A stretch of DNA of 64,000 bases from Eledone cirrhosa (lineage: Eukaryota): positions 152,830,001 to 152,894,000 of the forward strand of contig OZ024742.1 in the NCBI GenBank assembly GCA_964016885.1, written 5' to 3'. The position numbers and the translations under genes were made by a program. Under the pieces are notes generated by a model that saw nothing but the letters and a program-made list of their open reading frames with translations, was not told the DNA's origin and did not search any database. This document shows, piece after piece, positions 1-15,720 of this stretch. The first letter of the stretch is position 1; every line of letters begins with the position of its first letter.

Positions 1-67
1 TACATATTATGTGTGTGTGTGGAGCTAGATAAATTTATACGAATAGCTACCCACGCTTATAATGGGA

Positions 68-947
<880 letters not shown>

Positions 948-1309
948 GTTGGCAGGACGTTTACACCAATACTTCTGTAATAAAAAGTATTCATACGTTC
1001 TCGTTTTTTTCTCATTTCCTGTCCAGGGCAAAATATCGATTTACATTCACATTGCTGTTTAGACATCTATTCGACCGTCACCTATTTAATAATGTAGATA
1101 CGTATGTAAGTATGTATTTATGAAAGTATGTATGCATGTATGCATATATGTATGCATACATATAAATATGTTTAAATGTATGTTTTTATATATGTATGCG
1201 TGCATGTATGCAAGTGTGTATGCATATATGTATTTAACTCTTAATCTTGATTCTTTTGGCTGGCCAGCTTCCGGGTTGTTAGGTTGTAAAAATGGGAAGG
1301 CTATTAATA

Positions 1310-1391
1310 ATATAGTGACATCAGCTGGGCAGCGGATCTCCACTATTGTGCATGCCTAACATTCTCTGCCCCATATCACTATGTTTGGCTT
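1310..1391 (-). pseudogene. Short restriction-like endonuclease fragment of an R4/Dong-like non-LTR element
   Basis: Minus strand reads KPNIVIWG...CTIVEIRCPADVTI, matching the PDI(V)IWD..CTVVEISxPAD segment of the element at 1595-5695. Confidence 0.65.
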
Positions 1392-1578
1392 GTGGATTGG
1401 CAGTATTGGTAGAGTGTCGGATGCCATGCTTTGGCGCATAGAGTTACGGCCCTTGCCATTCTGAGTTCAAATCCCGCCGAGGTTAACTTTGCCTTTCATC
1501 CTTACGGGGTCGATAAAATAAAGTACAAGTAATACACTGGGTAATTGCTGGCCTTGTGCCTGACGTAGAAACAATTAT
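1392..1578 (+). mobile_element. tRNA-derived SINE (octopus-type family)
   Basis: A-box-like TGGCAGTATTGG, B-box GAGTTCAAATCC, central GCCTTTCATCCTTACGGGGTCGATAAAATAAAGTAC, and 3' GGCCTTGTGCC...TAGAAACAATT. Homologous copies occur elsewhere in the window. Confidence 0.85.
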
Positions 1579-1594
1579 ATCATACGTATGTATG

Positions 1595-4500
1595 TTCTTC
1601 TGGTTTTATAATTTCACAAAGTTTTACCAAAGTTTTAGAGAGAGAGTCGGTTTCTAACATAGACACAAGACTCTCTCATTGGAATTTACACAACATCAAC
1701 TAGGTAGATATGTATGTATGCGTGTGTAGATATGGATGTTATTGTATGTGTGGATGTGTATGTTTTGAGTTATATATGTGCATGTGTATATGCTTTGCAT
1801 CTGTACATGTGTATATAGGAGTTATTAGATGCAAAATATTTGGAATGATTTACATATTTTTACTGTTCCATTAATGGATTGTACTTGTAATTTCCTAACT
1901 AGTTGTGTTCTTTCTGTTCCTCTGAAGCCTACGACTGTGAGGCAGTTACTAACATACCCCAGTGCCCCAATAATCACAGGCATAAATCTGAAGGTGTAAT
2001 CAGGGTGGAGTATCTGCAGATTTCTCATCAGTTCTGCATAAATATTCTCCTTTTCACTAATCTTTGATATTATAGTGGCATCTGCTGGGTAGCTAATTTC
2101 CACTACTGTGCATGCTTTCTTCTCCCTGTCCCATATAATATCAGGTCTGTTATGCTTGCATTTTATTGGGGATTTTACTGGAACATTCCACCAGTACTCT
2201 TTTATATTATCTACATGGATGTCTTCACATTGCTGTAGCTTTTAATGTGTTTATTATCGGGGCTATCTTTTTTACGAACAGCATTGTACAGTGCTTTGGC
2301 CACGACATCATGCCTCATAGGTAGATAGTACCGCGATGACATCTTTGGACGGCTGCTGATGACACGGGTGATATCCTTGATGTTAGTTCTGCACAGTCTG
2401 CACTTGTTATCACATCTAGGTGTTTTGCCTGCATCCCTATCGCTTTTATGAATCAAGTATTTCGTGTTAATCTCCTGTTCTTGGATTGCAAAAGCGTATC
2501 CTTCAAAGTGGGAGCCAATATAGGGGGTTGTTGGTCCAAGATAGACTACTTTCCTTATCTATATTACTTTCACTCTGGAGTTTCCTGGCAACATATCCAT
2601 ACATGATTTCTTCTGATAATTATGTAGTTTTTCATCCATGGTTCACTGCGATACTGCTGAGCGACTTCTCTGGGTGTGAGTTTTTGATTATCACACAGGG
2701 AATATCTCTCGAGGAGTTCCTTCCCAACTCTCATGATCTTATCTGTTTCATGTAGATAGACTTGCTCGAGAAACGGGCTCCTACGCTTCGAATTTCGTAG
2801 ATGTTGTCGAAGAGATATGATGCGACATTCAAATGTTGTCTGGACTGCTGTTAGGCCTCTGTCTCCCTGCTTACGTTTCAAGTAAAGGCGGTCTATGTCA
2901 CTGTTGGTGTGTAAGTTTCCGGTGTTGTTCAGTGTTTTTCGAGTTCCAACATCAACTGTTCGGATTTCGTCTATCGTCCTATTGAGTATTCCAAACTTTG
3001 GTGTTAGGACAGGCACAGCAAACACAGTGTGAGCCACTGTTTTGTTTTGCGCAGATAGTTCCGATGACCAGATCTTTCTTAATCGGGTGTAGTATTCTCT
3101 GGTTACGCGTTCTTTATTACAGATACCATTATAGGATATGTTCTCATCTATCCCCAGGTATCTGAAGCAGTCCACATCAGATATCGGTGAAACAGTTAGG
3201 CCATTGATAACAATGTTGTTAGATTGGGTGGTTGTTTTTCCCCGATTTACAGTCATGTATGAGCATTTATATTGGCCAAACTCCATTCCTATATCCTTTG
3301 AGAACGTTGTAACCAAGTCAAGATTTTTCTTCATCCCATCCATGTTCTTGGCATAGAGTTTCAGATCGTCCACAAAGAAATTATGGGTTATGTTCATATT
3401 TCTGTCCTCCTGTGAGCCAATGATATATCCCTCAAATTTCTTGAGTAGAAAGGACAAGGGGTTTAATGGCAAGATCAATATCACAGAGAGACTACCCCTA
3501 AAATATACCCCTGCAATATTTTATTTTATCAGTGAAAATAGAGTCCTCCCTCTCTGTCTTTAACCTTAGGATAGTAGCCCAGGAAGAAGACAGCTTCTCT
3601 ACGGTTCTGACAATAATGTCTGGGACTTTAGCAATTTGGAGGGCCTCTATCATCCAAAAGTGGGGAACAGAATCGAAAGCTTTCCTGTAGTCCAACCAGA
3701 CTGTAGTCATATTCCTCCTAAGTTGTCGCACCTCCGACATCGCAGATTTGTTGATTAGGAGTTGTTCAGGACATCCCCAAACCCCTTTCTTTCCAGCTGC
3801 TTGTTCATTTGTGAAGATGTTATTATTTTCACAGTGATCTTGGAGGAATAGGTTCAGGCTGTATACATCTTATACATCAGGTCCTGGCATGCAATGGGTC
3901 GGTCGTTTTTTGCCATGTGGGTGTCCTTGTTCTTGGGGACCAGTAATGTTTGTGCTAATGTCAACCATTCTGGTATAAGTGTATCTCCCTTAAGAACTTG
4001 TTGGTAGAGGTCAGTAAGATAACTCCGATAGAATATCAGTTTTTTGTACCAGTAGCCGACAATCATGTCTCTTCCTGGTGTTTTCTTATCTTGGAGTTTT
4101 CCTATCACAGTCTCAAGGGTACCCTCACTTATTTCGTATGTTTTTGTTGTAGTGTAGGAGCAATAATTATTTCGGATTTCTCTTAGCCACACTGCATCTT
4201 GGTTGAAATTCTTCTTTTCACCCCATATTTTGCTCCAAAAGGAATGTCTTTCTGGCATGGGGCCTCAGTGACACTTATTATTTTGCCCTTCATATCTCTA
4301 TAGACTGATGTTTGGTTTCGTCTGAATCTTTTATTAAGCACTTTTCTCTCATCTACCTTCTTCGGGTATCGGCGTTTTTCGCTAACAGCTCTCAATTCTT
4401 GTTTGAGGGTGATCAACTTATATTGGAGAGTTCTGGTTCTACTCTTACCAAACATCATCTCTATTTTGTTTTTCACTCTTTGCTGGTGAGGAGCGATGTT

Positions 4501-5695
4501 TTTTTGTGTTTGTTTGCATGTAAGGTGCATTGTCACATATCCTATGTTTTTTCGTAGGTCAGCAATCTTTTTTTCTATTTTAGTTATATATGATGGTATT
4601 TTTGGTGGTGTTCTGTTCTTGTTAATATCTCTGCTATCACCAAGATAATGCTTCACTGTCGTTGCTAAGGCATATAAACAGGTGTTGATTTGCCAAAATG
4701 TTGGGGTTTTTTATCCGTCGTAAATATTCATCCCCTATGTCGTCAATAACAGGTAATATTTAATTATTTGTTTTTTTTTTAAACATTGTCGTTTTAATAC
4801 ATTCAGCAAGAGATATATTTATACATGAATTAATTTCTATCTGGAAGATTTCGTTGAGGGAAAATTTCAATTGTTTATACTTTTGATTATTATCATTATC
4901 GATAGTATTTTCCACAAAGTCGAGGTAGACTCGGATGGTACACGTGGTGTCAAATTTCTTCGATTAATATTATTATTTCTTCGATTATTATTATTATCGA
5001 TAGTGTTTTCCCCAGCATTCGAGGTAGACTTACATGGAACAGGTGGTGTCAAGTTTCTTACAGGCATAGTTGTTTCAAGGCGCTGTTCGACCTGGTTGTA
5101 GGAAGTCTTGTAGCATGGCGAACTGTCTGTAGCACGTGTTGTTGATAACATGTTTCTTGTGGGGGACTTACAATTAATAATATTTATCTTATTTTTACGT
5201 TCAACAAACGTCGCTTGTTGGCGTAATTGTTTCGGTGTGAAATAATTTAGCTCTGGGTCTATTTCGTCCCAGTGTAGCTTTATTCTGTTCATATAGCCAA
5301 TGGAGGGATTGTTTTTTGCCATATAACAATTAAATAAATCATTATTAAGTCCGCAACTCCAAGAGAAATGCGAATTATGATTTCGGTTTCTTCTGTAGCT
5401 ACAACTGAATAAAGTTTGTTTACCTTCCTTGTTATTTGTCTTCGGTACTTCCTTAATTTTGTTGTTGATGTTGTGTTCATCCATGCTGTTTGTAGCAAAT
5501 CCTTGTAAAATGAATTATGAATTTAGTCGGATATCTCTACGAATTCGATAAAAATGTGTCTTCCGAAGATATAGTTAGAAGAATAACCAGTTATTCAACA
5601 TGACTGTAGTTGTGGCATTACTGTCGGAGATAGTATTCATCTTAAATTTAATAAATAGTCTCCCACGCCAAAATATGTGACTGATGGCGTTGACT
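1595..5695 (-). mobile_element. Near full-length decayed RLE-type non-LTR retrotransposon (R4/Dong-like): RT, CCHC finger, restriction-like endonuclease
   Basis: Broken frames with WLDYRKAFDSVPH, HNFFVDDLKLY, FRYLGI, DIDRLYLKRKQGDRGL, CRLC...YYLPMRHD, EISYPAD and PVIIGALG. Many stops and frameshifts. (TATG)n at both ends. Confidence 0.88.
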
Positions 5696-6075
5696 GTATG
5701 TATGTATGTATGTATGTATGTATGTATGTATGTATGTATGTATGAGTGAAAGGCCCCAGTTGCTGTCACAACACTATTCTAGGAGAGGAAAAACTGAAAA
5801 AAACCCCTGTGACTTCGGAAGCATCCGATGATATTGGCCAGTTCTCCTTTTCGGGAAGTGTTTTCGATTCTCAGAGAGTGGTATTGTTCAAGTGCAAGGC
5901 CTTTCCCCACTTAAAAAACTTTCAAAGCACAGGCATTGCTTGTTTAGAATATGTTGTTACAGTTTCGTGTGGCTGACCGTAGCCTAAAAGTGAACCAAAA
6001 CTCTATAATCTGAAATCAATTGCAATACTCTTAGCAGAGTTTGCAGTCATGTATGTATGTATGTATGTATGTATG

Positions 6076-7927
6076 TTTTCTCTTTCTCTTAATTTCGAGT
6101 ATATTTTTTTGACCGGCCACCTTCCTGGTGGCAAGGTTGTAAAAGAAAAGAAATTGTCATCCCTTGAATCGCAAGAATGTTTTGCATATTTTGAAGGTGC
6201 CAGCTATCGCAGCCATTTGTAGACTATGAATTAGGGAGCTGCGCTTTTTGTCCGCAAATCCAAGTTCGGTCATACTTTGGTCCAAGCGGGTTGGTATATA
6301 AACCGTAGCACCAATAATGATGGGTATGAAGCTAAAGGTGTATCTTGGATACTGGATTTGTAAGCTCCTCATCAATGGTCCGTAGATGTCCTCCTTCTCC
6401 TGTATTTTTCTGACAACGTTTACATCAAGTGGGCAGCTGATCTCCACAACAGAACACGTTTTCAATGTGTGGTCCCAAACTACAATATCAGGCCGGTTGT
6501 GCTTTAATTTGGTGGCAGTTTTTATTTTCAGGTTCCACCAGTATTCCTTAGTGCCATCTGTCTCAATATATTCTTCCTCGTTTGTTGTTAATTTTGTTTT
6601 CCGAAGTGCGTTCCAGATAGTTCTAGCTATCCCATCGTGTCTCATGGGGAGGTAGTAGCGAGATGACATTCTTTCACAGCTGGCAACAATGTGGCTTACA
6701 TCCTCGATCTTTGTTTTACATAGCCTACATTTATTGTCAGCTGCTGGCCCTCCTCTTTTGTGCAGCAGATATTTGGTAGGGAGTTCTTGTTCCTGTATTG
6801 CATAGAGATATCCCTCAAGGTGTGATGTCATAAACTTGTCGGAACTCCATGCCAGGCTTTTTGAGTGGTTTATCCCCTCTATGGTCTGTGTTTTACGCCT
6901 CAAGTATCCATGCACAACTTTCTCTGTAAATTGGTCAATTATTTTTCTTGTTTGAACATTGAATAGGATCTTCCGATTTCTCTGGGTGAGAGATTTATAT
7001 CAGGCTTTATTCCATATCTCTCCTCCAGATCAGTCGCTATTCTAATGATATTTCTTTTTTCATGCTCATAAACCTGAGCAAGATGGTCGCCAACCTTTTT
7101 CCTCTGTTGAAGGTGTTGCTTCAGTGTTACTATCCGGGTCTCATATGTTGTTAATATTGATTTTAGACCCCGGCCACCTTCCTTGCGTGAGAAGTATAGC
7201 CTATCCACATCACCATTGATGTCAAAGTTCCCAGTAACACTGAGAAGTTTTCGAGTTCTAACATCCATCTCACTTAGTTCTTGCAATGACCAGTTCAGTA
7301 GGCCAAATGTTGGCGTTAGAATTGGCACAGCATAGGTATTGTGGGCAATGTATTTGTTGTATGCTGACAGTTCTGATGACCATATTTTTTTTACTCTTCT
7401 GAGGTATTCAGTTCTGGTTCTCTCCTTATTTATGGGTCCATCATATCTGACATTCTCATCCTGTCCAAGATATCTGTAGTTGTCACCTGACTGCAGAGGT
7501 TGTATTGTCAGGCCGTTCATATCTAGATTTCTAGAGGAGGGCACAGCTCTTCCACGTTTTACTGCCAAATATGCACACTTGGACTCACCAAATTTCATTT
7601 TGATGTCGGTTGAAAATTGTGTAATTAGGTCCAATTGTTTCTTGATGTCATTGATATTTGGCCCATACAACTTCAGGTCATCAACAAAGAAAAGATGGGA
7701 GATACTTCTGGGCCCACTTCTTTGTCCACCTTGTTTCCTGAGTAGGTAAGATAGTGGATTCAGTGAGAGAACGAAGAGTAGTACTGACAAGCTATCACCC
7801 TGAAAGATGCCCTTCTGGTAATGTATCCTATCAGTCTTAACCTGCTCCTTCTCACCTCTAAGGATCAAATTGGTGTACCAGTTCTTGGTCAGGCGTTCAA
7901 CAGCAGCTACTAATGGTTGTGGGACTT
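6076..7927 (-). mobile_element. 5'-truncated R4/Dong-like non-LTR retrotransposon (second family)
   Basis: GIFQGDSLSVLLFVLSLNPLS, HLFFVDDLKLY, DVDRLYFSRKEGGRGL, CRLCKTKIEDVSHIVASC, NRPDIVVWD, VEISCP. One stop near 6939. Both ends abut (TATG)n. Confidence 0.92.
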
Positions 7928-9500
7928 TATGTATGTATGTATGTATGTATGTATGTATGTATGTATGTATGTATGTATGTATGTGTGTATGTATGTATAT
8001 ATGTAGGTATGTATGTGTGTATGTATGTATATATGTAGGTATGCATGTGTGTATGTATGTATATATGTAGGTATGTATGTGTGTATGTAGGTATGTAGGT
8101 ATATATGTATATATGTAGGTATGTTTGTATATATATAAGTATGTCTGTATGTGCAACCCCACCAAGGTTTCTTGGTGAGGAGGGTGACTTTGGACATCCC
8201 GCAGGACTAAAAAGTCACACTCGTTCAGCGCATCAGTAGGGGTTCTCCTACATGGATATAAAGTAGTGGCCGTACTCGAAAACGAGTTGGCAGCCACCAT
8301 GTATGTACGTATGTACATGTATATGTGTATGTAAGTGTGTATGTATGCATGTATTTACGTACGTATTTATATAAGTGCATATATATGTATGTATTTATGT
8401 ATGTATTCATGTCAAGTCGATCAGAAGAGCTACTGAAAACATTTAACCCACTACGACTTGTTGAATGGTTGGGGCATCGGCGATAAAATTGTCAATTCCA
8501 TCAATCTGGGTTGATGTTGATGGTGATATTTGATATCCTGCAGGAGTAAAATCAAATACCGTGAAAGGGTAGAGGAACTCATAAGATTCAACGGCCATCG
8601 AATTGGCTTAATAAGGGAAATTCTGATACAAAGCCTAAATATTTAGCTTTGCTTGTAACATGGGCGCGGTTCCGGAGAAGCCACATCAGCTATAATCCAA
8701 TTCATTCGTAAGAAAGCCTTAGACTCTAGAACAGATATCAGACAGTGTTTCAATCTAAACACCTTTGCTTATGTCTGTTGTTTATTTGGTCTTAGAAGTG
8801 GTCGAAATGCGAAACGAGTTGGCTTCCACTGTGCATGCATGTATGTGCGAGATGTATGTATGTATATGTGTATTTCCACATATATATGGGTGGGTACTTT
8901 TACCTGTGTATGCAATTATATATATATGTATGTGCGCGTGTTTATGTATTTTTATTGCATACTAAACTTCATGAATTTTCTTATAATTTCATTATAAATT
9001 CTGAATTAGTCATGCTCTTCCTGGAGAAAACACGGCAAATAAATCTTTCCACTGAAGAATGTAGGTTAAACAGGGGAGAGGGAAACATTTCTGAATCGGA
9101 GGGTAATTGGTCAATTTAGTTGTACTGATTAGTTTAGCTGAACTTCGATATGCGATAAATATAGCATATACATATATGTTTTTGTAGTTTGGGGAGAAAA
9201 ATATAATTATTGGAGATGGGGTGCATCCCCTCCCCTCCCCATATACATATATGAGACAATTGGGCAGGTCACTACAGGGGAGCTATAAATCGTAGCCAAA
9301 TCTCTCTCTAACTACAGGAACCACGTTTAGGAGCTACTTGTGAGCATATATTGTATAAACCAATGTAGAACCTCTACATGGTAGGTAGATCATATAAAAA
9401 TAATTGACAATTCTTCCCCAAGCCACACCATGCTGTGTCATGTAACTACAGCTCTCTCTCTTTCTCTCTCTCCCTCTTTCTCTATCTCCCTCTCTCTCTT

Positions 9501-9534
<34 letters not shown>

Positions 9535-9580
9535 TATTAAGAGAGTAAAACAAAGAAGCCTTCAATACATCAAAAGTCTT

Positions 9581-9629
9581 TATTAGCCGACAATGTTTCG
9601 TCCTATTAAGGACTCATCAGGGCAATTAA
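9581..9629 (-). ncRNA. Type I hammerhead ribozyme motif
   Basis: Minus strand: gcc CTGATGA gtcct-taat-aggac GAAA cattg TC ggc. Stems I and II pair and the core is canonical. Confidence 0.8.
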
Positions 9630-9985
9630 AACAACAAGAAGTAATATCGGCAGATACAAGCCGGAAGCTCCGAAGAATATGGAGTGTACATACACTGAAG
9701 TATTACAAAAATATATAATAAAAATATATGATAATAATTACTAAGGATGTATATAACATTAAGAACCATATTACAAATATAGTCCAAAGCAAAAACTAGA
9801 GCTAAACAAAGGTGGTTATATAGAGCAGGAATTTTATATAATACAATATAACATACTATAATATACCTTTACCAACATTAAAATTACAATAAAAATCAAA
9901 AGATACAATATGCATATGTATATATGTGCGCACACGTACACACACATACACATACAACAATACACACATCCATCTTCCACTGCAC

Positions 9986-10143
9986 AAATTAAACCTTATT
10001 AAGAATTTGAATATACAATTAAGCATGATAGGAATGAAAATAATAATAATAATAATACTAATACGTATTTGTATTATTATTATTATTATTTTCATTCCTA
10101 TCATGCTTATTTTTATATTCAAATTCTTAATAAGGTTTAATTT
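9986..10143. repeat. About 160-bp imperfect palindrome
   Basis: aaattaaaccttattaagaatttgaatata...aagcatgataggaatgaaaataat is mirrored around about 10065. Confidence 0.9.
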
Positions 10144-10533
10144 TTCGGCTCTGTTTAACTACATTGAGCTAGACCTTTTACTGTCATTTCTATAATACGA
10201 AGAGGGTGTTTAACTCCAACACCCTCCAGTATTTTAACCCTTATGTATATATTTATATATATATACATATATATAAGACATAAAACGAGGCTACTACACG
10301 ATAGATGGACATAATACAAATACCAGTTAATTTTCGCTCAAATCACAGTACAGTCTTATGTTTGTATGAGCTAATGGTATCTAAACCTGTTAAAAGTAGT
10401 AGCCAAATCTCCCGCAAAATATATACAGGTCGAATTACCACCTATATCACTTGTGTTCATATGTATGTATATATCCAATAAGTGGAAAGTCTCTGTATTT
10501 ATAACAAATCAGTCCATTTAACGGATGTCATTG

Positions 10534-10660
10534 TACGAGGGTCAGCTGAAACATTAATAGGCTGTCTATGAAAGTGTGATGCTAGAACTGTGAAATCTAG
10601 CAATTATTAATTTCAACTCCTCTTTCGTTTTATAACTGCATTATTCCTTTCCAGGGACTA
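10534..10660 (+). mobile_element. Possible mariner-like terminal relic
   Basis: TA-CGAGGGTCAGCTGAAA resembles mariner TIR starts. No partner TIR or transposase is seen. Confidence 0.3.
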
Positions 10661-11186
10661 TATTGTAAAATAGGTCTTATTTGGTCATTTGTATATCATT
10701 CGGCCCTTGTATATCATTTTAGCAACAACATCAAGACATATTGGGTGGCATTACCTTTATGATATCCTGGTTCATCTGCTTCCCAGTGATGTGATATCGT
10801 CATCGAAAATGTGACATAATTGACATTTTAAGTTTCACATTGGAACATAAATCTTGTTTTGATCGTTTTTAATTATAGAAATTGCTCTCGCCTTTGGATT
10901 GCAAAAATATATGACCTTCAAGATATGAAGTATTCTACCTGACATGATTTAAATAGGGGGTACAATTTAAACTAAAGTACCATACTCACTTACACGAGAA
11001 GGATAACGCCACATAACATTAACTTATTATGAAATATATATTCACCAGGTCTTTCATGAGTTGTTCTAATCTAACACACACCCACACATAGTCACATGCA
11101 CTCACACACATTTTCATGTTTTTCTTTTCTTTCTATTACAACTTTTGATATATACATATATATATATATATATAGTGTAAGTATGT

Positions 11187-11374
11187 ATGTATACGTACAT
11201 ATATATATTTATACAGACGTACAGTAGTATGTACATATATACGTGCACACATGTACGTACGGGTTTACCGAACATTTATTATAATGTTCGGTTTGTTTGT
11301 AAACAAACAAACACCCCGTATTACACCGTACAGTGTTCAGGCAACCATCGTCGCCTTTTTGTTCAACACTGACA
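11187..11374 (-). mobile_element. Fragment of the HHR/octamer repeat family at 45041-45520
   Basis: Reverse complement matches 45306-45505 (gtcagtgttgaacaaaa...aaacaaaccgaaca...aaatgttcggtaaaccc). It stops just short of the HHR. Confidence 0.8.
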
Positions 11375-11403
11375 CATATATATATTTATACATGCATTTA
11401 CGG

Positions 11404-11498
<95 letters not shown>

Positions 11499-11792
11499 TG
11501 TTTGTGTATAATGTGTCTTTAAGTAGTTTCTGCATTATCTGAAAAAGATTCATAGTAGACAATATGAGTTGTATTTTATAGAAAGTTCTGTTCATGTACA
11601 CAATGGTTTGGCACTAAAGAAATAAAAAAAAACATTGAGTTCTTTTGCAATGGTGACTTTCCACTCTAGTGTTTGGATATTTGTAAATTTACCCCACCAT
11701 AAAGACAAATTCACACAGACACGCACGGAGATGCATGTTTGTGTGGATATATATATATATATATATCCACACAAACACACCCGCACACACAT

Positions 11793-11859
<67 letters not shown>

Positions 11860-12793
11860 TAAGATGTCACAAACAAATAATCTATCTATACAAATACACA
11901 TCGTTGGTTTATCGACAGCCATTAGAAAGCAATAAAACATACATTTCTATAAGTATACATATTATCCTTTAGTGAAAAGGAATGTTGATAATTATTTCCT
12001 GGTATGTGTCTATGATGTAGGATTTTCATGCATTATCAGACGTATCTCTGTACATTACATATTTCTCCAGCGTATCATATATTCCTTTACAGATAATTTC
12101 ATATACAGCATACAATGAATCGCTTTGTGTGAGATGTCCTCTCAAAGATGTATTCTTATAGACTTTTTCTCATAATTCAGAACTGCATCCATTATGAGTT
12201 ATGCTTCTGCTTGTCATATTGATTACATGGGTGTCGCAGTTAGTATTCGTATGTTGCTATTTGCTTTGAAATAATTGACAATGTTTTGAAAAAGCAGCAA
12301 TGATGTACACCAAACACCTAAATATCAGGCACATACTGCATATAAGAAAATGTAATTGTTTTCCAAACATAAAGTATGTGGGAGAATATTTCAAAGACCA
12401 TTGAATAACATGTAATGGAAGTAAACATTTCATACGTCAACGTTAATGTCAAATTCAAAAGCATGATGCATATATCAGGTATAATAGAAAAGCAACTCCT
12501 AAAATCTAAAAGCATGATGTAAAGAGTACAGATCATACTCTCTAACGAAACGTTAATCTAATTATAAGGACTTCAGAATTCATAAAATTATCTAAAGTTG
12601 TACTCTTCATTTATATGACTAAGGATATTAAGCAAAGGTTTAGTTAACTTCGAACGGTCATTATACCCCTAAAGTATATTTTACGAACAAACTGTTCCAT
12701 AAAATCAAATTTATGTTCTTGTAGAAAATATCAATGAAGTTTAAGGCATTATTTGTTCCAAGAAAATAATGACCAGTGTGAAAAAGAGAGGGA

Positions 12794-12834
<41 letters not shown>

Positions 12835-12939
12835 TTCTTTCTTTCTATCTCTCTCACTCCATCTTAGTTAGTTTCAGAAGATCCTGTTAAGGGTGAAAGC
12901 AGCGATTCTTTGCTTAAACTATAAACTGTTATTTTAATA

Positions 12940-12977
<38 letters not shown>

Positions 12978-12978
12978 A

Positions 12979-13069
<91 letters not shown>

Positions 13070-13542
13070 CTACGGCATTTTAAAATGACCAATGTTCTAC
13101 GAAACATAAATATTGTTTTCAAATAAAAGAAGACAACGTTCTGTGTCAAATACAGAAATCCTCAACAGCTCTAGAGCTGTTCTTTTTTGTCAAATTAAAA
13201 TTATTTTGCTTCGTTTGCTTTCTTCTCTCAGCCTCACTCTTGTTCTTGTTTTTGTTATTGTACGTGGTAATATACATTATTCTCATTCGGCCATAGATTA
13301 CTCACTCTACATGGACGTTTAAATTCATTAATTCAATAAATGTGCACACATACATACAGAAACACACAATCCCACACTAACACAAAGATATACGCAAAAA
13401 TACATATAAAAATATTGTTGAAAGAGATCGTACTTAACGTAATGTACTCAATACAATCGATTAGATACGTTATTCAAATTAGTCTTTAGGAGAATACTTC
13501 AATACATTTGAATAAATAGATCTCACAGTCACTCACACACAT

Positions 13543-13651
<109 letters not shown>

Positions 13652-14128
13652 CATAATTGAGTGTAAAACTAAGACAGTGATAAGTATTATATTGATATAT
13701 ATATATATATATTAAATGTTTATATACAAAAAACATATACAAGCCTTACTATCAAAGACAAAATAATATTTCCTCTCTTTTGCTCAGTGAGCACATCACA
13801 GGTATCTCATTAGCCGCCGAGGATGACAGGCAGGTGTTTCGAGATTTATTAATTTCTCAGCAAACATATTCACACAACTGGTACTGAGAGGAAAATAGAC
13901 TAGAACCTATATAGAATTCGTGTGAATATTTGCTGGCGATACTTATTTGCATACTACGCGCACGTTGCTGGTTATATTTATTTGGCAATAACACTAAGAC
14001 AGCGCCAAGCTTAATTGGAATGTATATGAAAGAGTATATAATATATGTTTATAAACAAGAAACATATGAGATCCTCGCTATCAAAACTTTCGTTATGAAA
14101 CAACCGTTTTCCTCTCTTTTGATCTGTG

Positions 14129-14502
<374 letters not shown>

Positions 14503-14511
14503 TATATGACA

Positions 14512-14705
14512 TAATTGATGGAGCATTGGCTATAATGCCATTATGGAATTTGTTGTTACATTGAGAGGTAAAATCCCGTCTTTATCAACTTTGCTGTTCC
14601 TGATTCTAGATTCGATAAAATAAAGTATCAGTCAAATACTGGTGTTGATTTATACAACTTTCTCAATTCACCTAAATTTTCTGGCCTTGTATTTAAATTA
14701 TTATT
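14512..14705 (+). mobile_element. Degenerate SINE copy
   Basis: Residual caactttgc...tcgataaaataaagtatcagt...ctggccttgt matches the SINE family at 1392. Confidence 0.6.
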
Positions 14706-14846
14706 CTCATCTTTACTTTTAACTTTAAAATATATATTCTCTGATTTTTATATTCATTTGTATTCCCCTCGCTTCTCTTATGTCTATTATTATCATTATA
14801 TTTCTATATTTATGTGTCATTTTATTGAAATAAAGGTATAAAGTGA

Positions 14847-14963
14847 AGGCGTGTGGCTGAGTGGGTAGAGAATTGGATTCACAATCGTAAGGTTGTGAGT
14901 TGGATTCCTGGACCAGGCGATGCGTTATGTCCTTGAGCAAGACACTTTATTTCACGTTGCTCC
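14847..14963 (+). mobile_element. Second tRNA-derived SINE family (5' part)
   Basis: GGCGTGTGGCTGAGTGGG A-box-like, GAGTTGGATTCC B-box-like, then TGTCCTTGAGCAAGACACT, a motif common in animal SINE central domains. Confidence 0.7.
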
Positions 14964-15216
14964 TTCTACCTGGAGTTGCGACCGATAGATAGTATTAGCA
15001 ATTGGAAAGACCAACGGAAACATTGTTCCCTCGGTCCGATTTGACGAAAGTCGATCACCTTTAAAAAAAAAAAAGGTATAAATTGAAACAATTTCCCTTC
15101 AGCAAGAGAATTATCTAAAACCAGCTGATGCGTCATTGTAGCAGACACAGCGTGCGGGTGTTAGATTTATCATTTTAGAAAAGTATTTCTCGTAATAAAT
15201 ATATGTGACACTGGAC

Positions 15217-15475
15217 TTCAGGCTTTTTTAATATTCTGCCATCCCATATTTTAGCCAAGGGTGGGCAATTCCCGTTTCTACAAGTCAATATATCCATTAG
15301 TGAATCGTTTCATGAGTCAATTCTGCGTCCTCTCTTATATAAAATTCTCCCATTGCCTGCTGAGACTGGTTTTCAACTAGGACTAACTACAATCTAATAT
15401 ACCTCTTTATCTCTCTGTCCATCTATCTACCTACCTACCTATCGGTGTGTCCACCTATCATTCGCTCTCTGTCTC

Positions 15476-15557
<82 letters not shown>

Positions 15558-15681
15558 GTTTTGTTGGTTCACCACTGGATAGTACTCGTCATTCCGTATG
15601 GTTAACCTCTATATAATATTATGGAGAGCACTCAACGTAATGCAACTCGCCCGTCTTCGTTTGTGTAGTTGTTGGTGCCAG

Positions 15682-15720
<39 letters not shown>

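Noticed and set aside
6939-8318. 459-aa ORF as one protein
   Set aside because: The N-terminal part reads through a (TACA)n tract and unrelated sequence. Only the part below about 7927 is RT.
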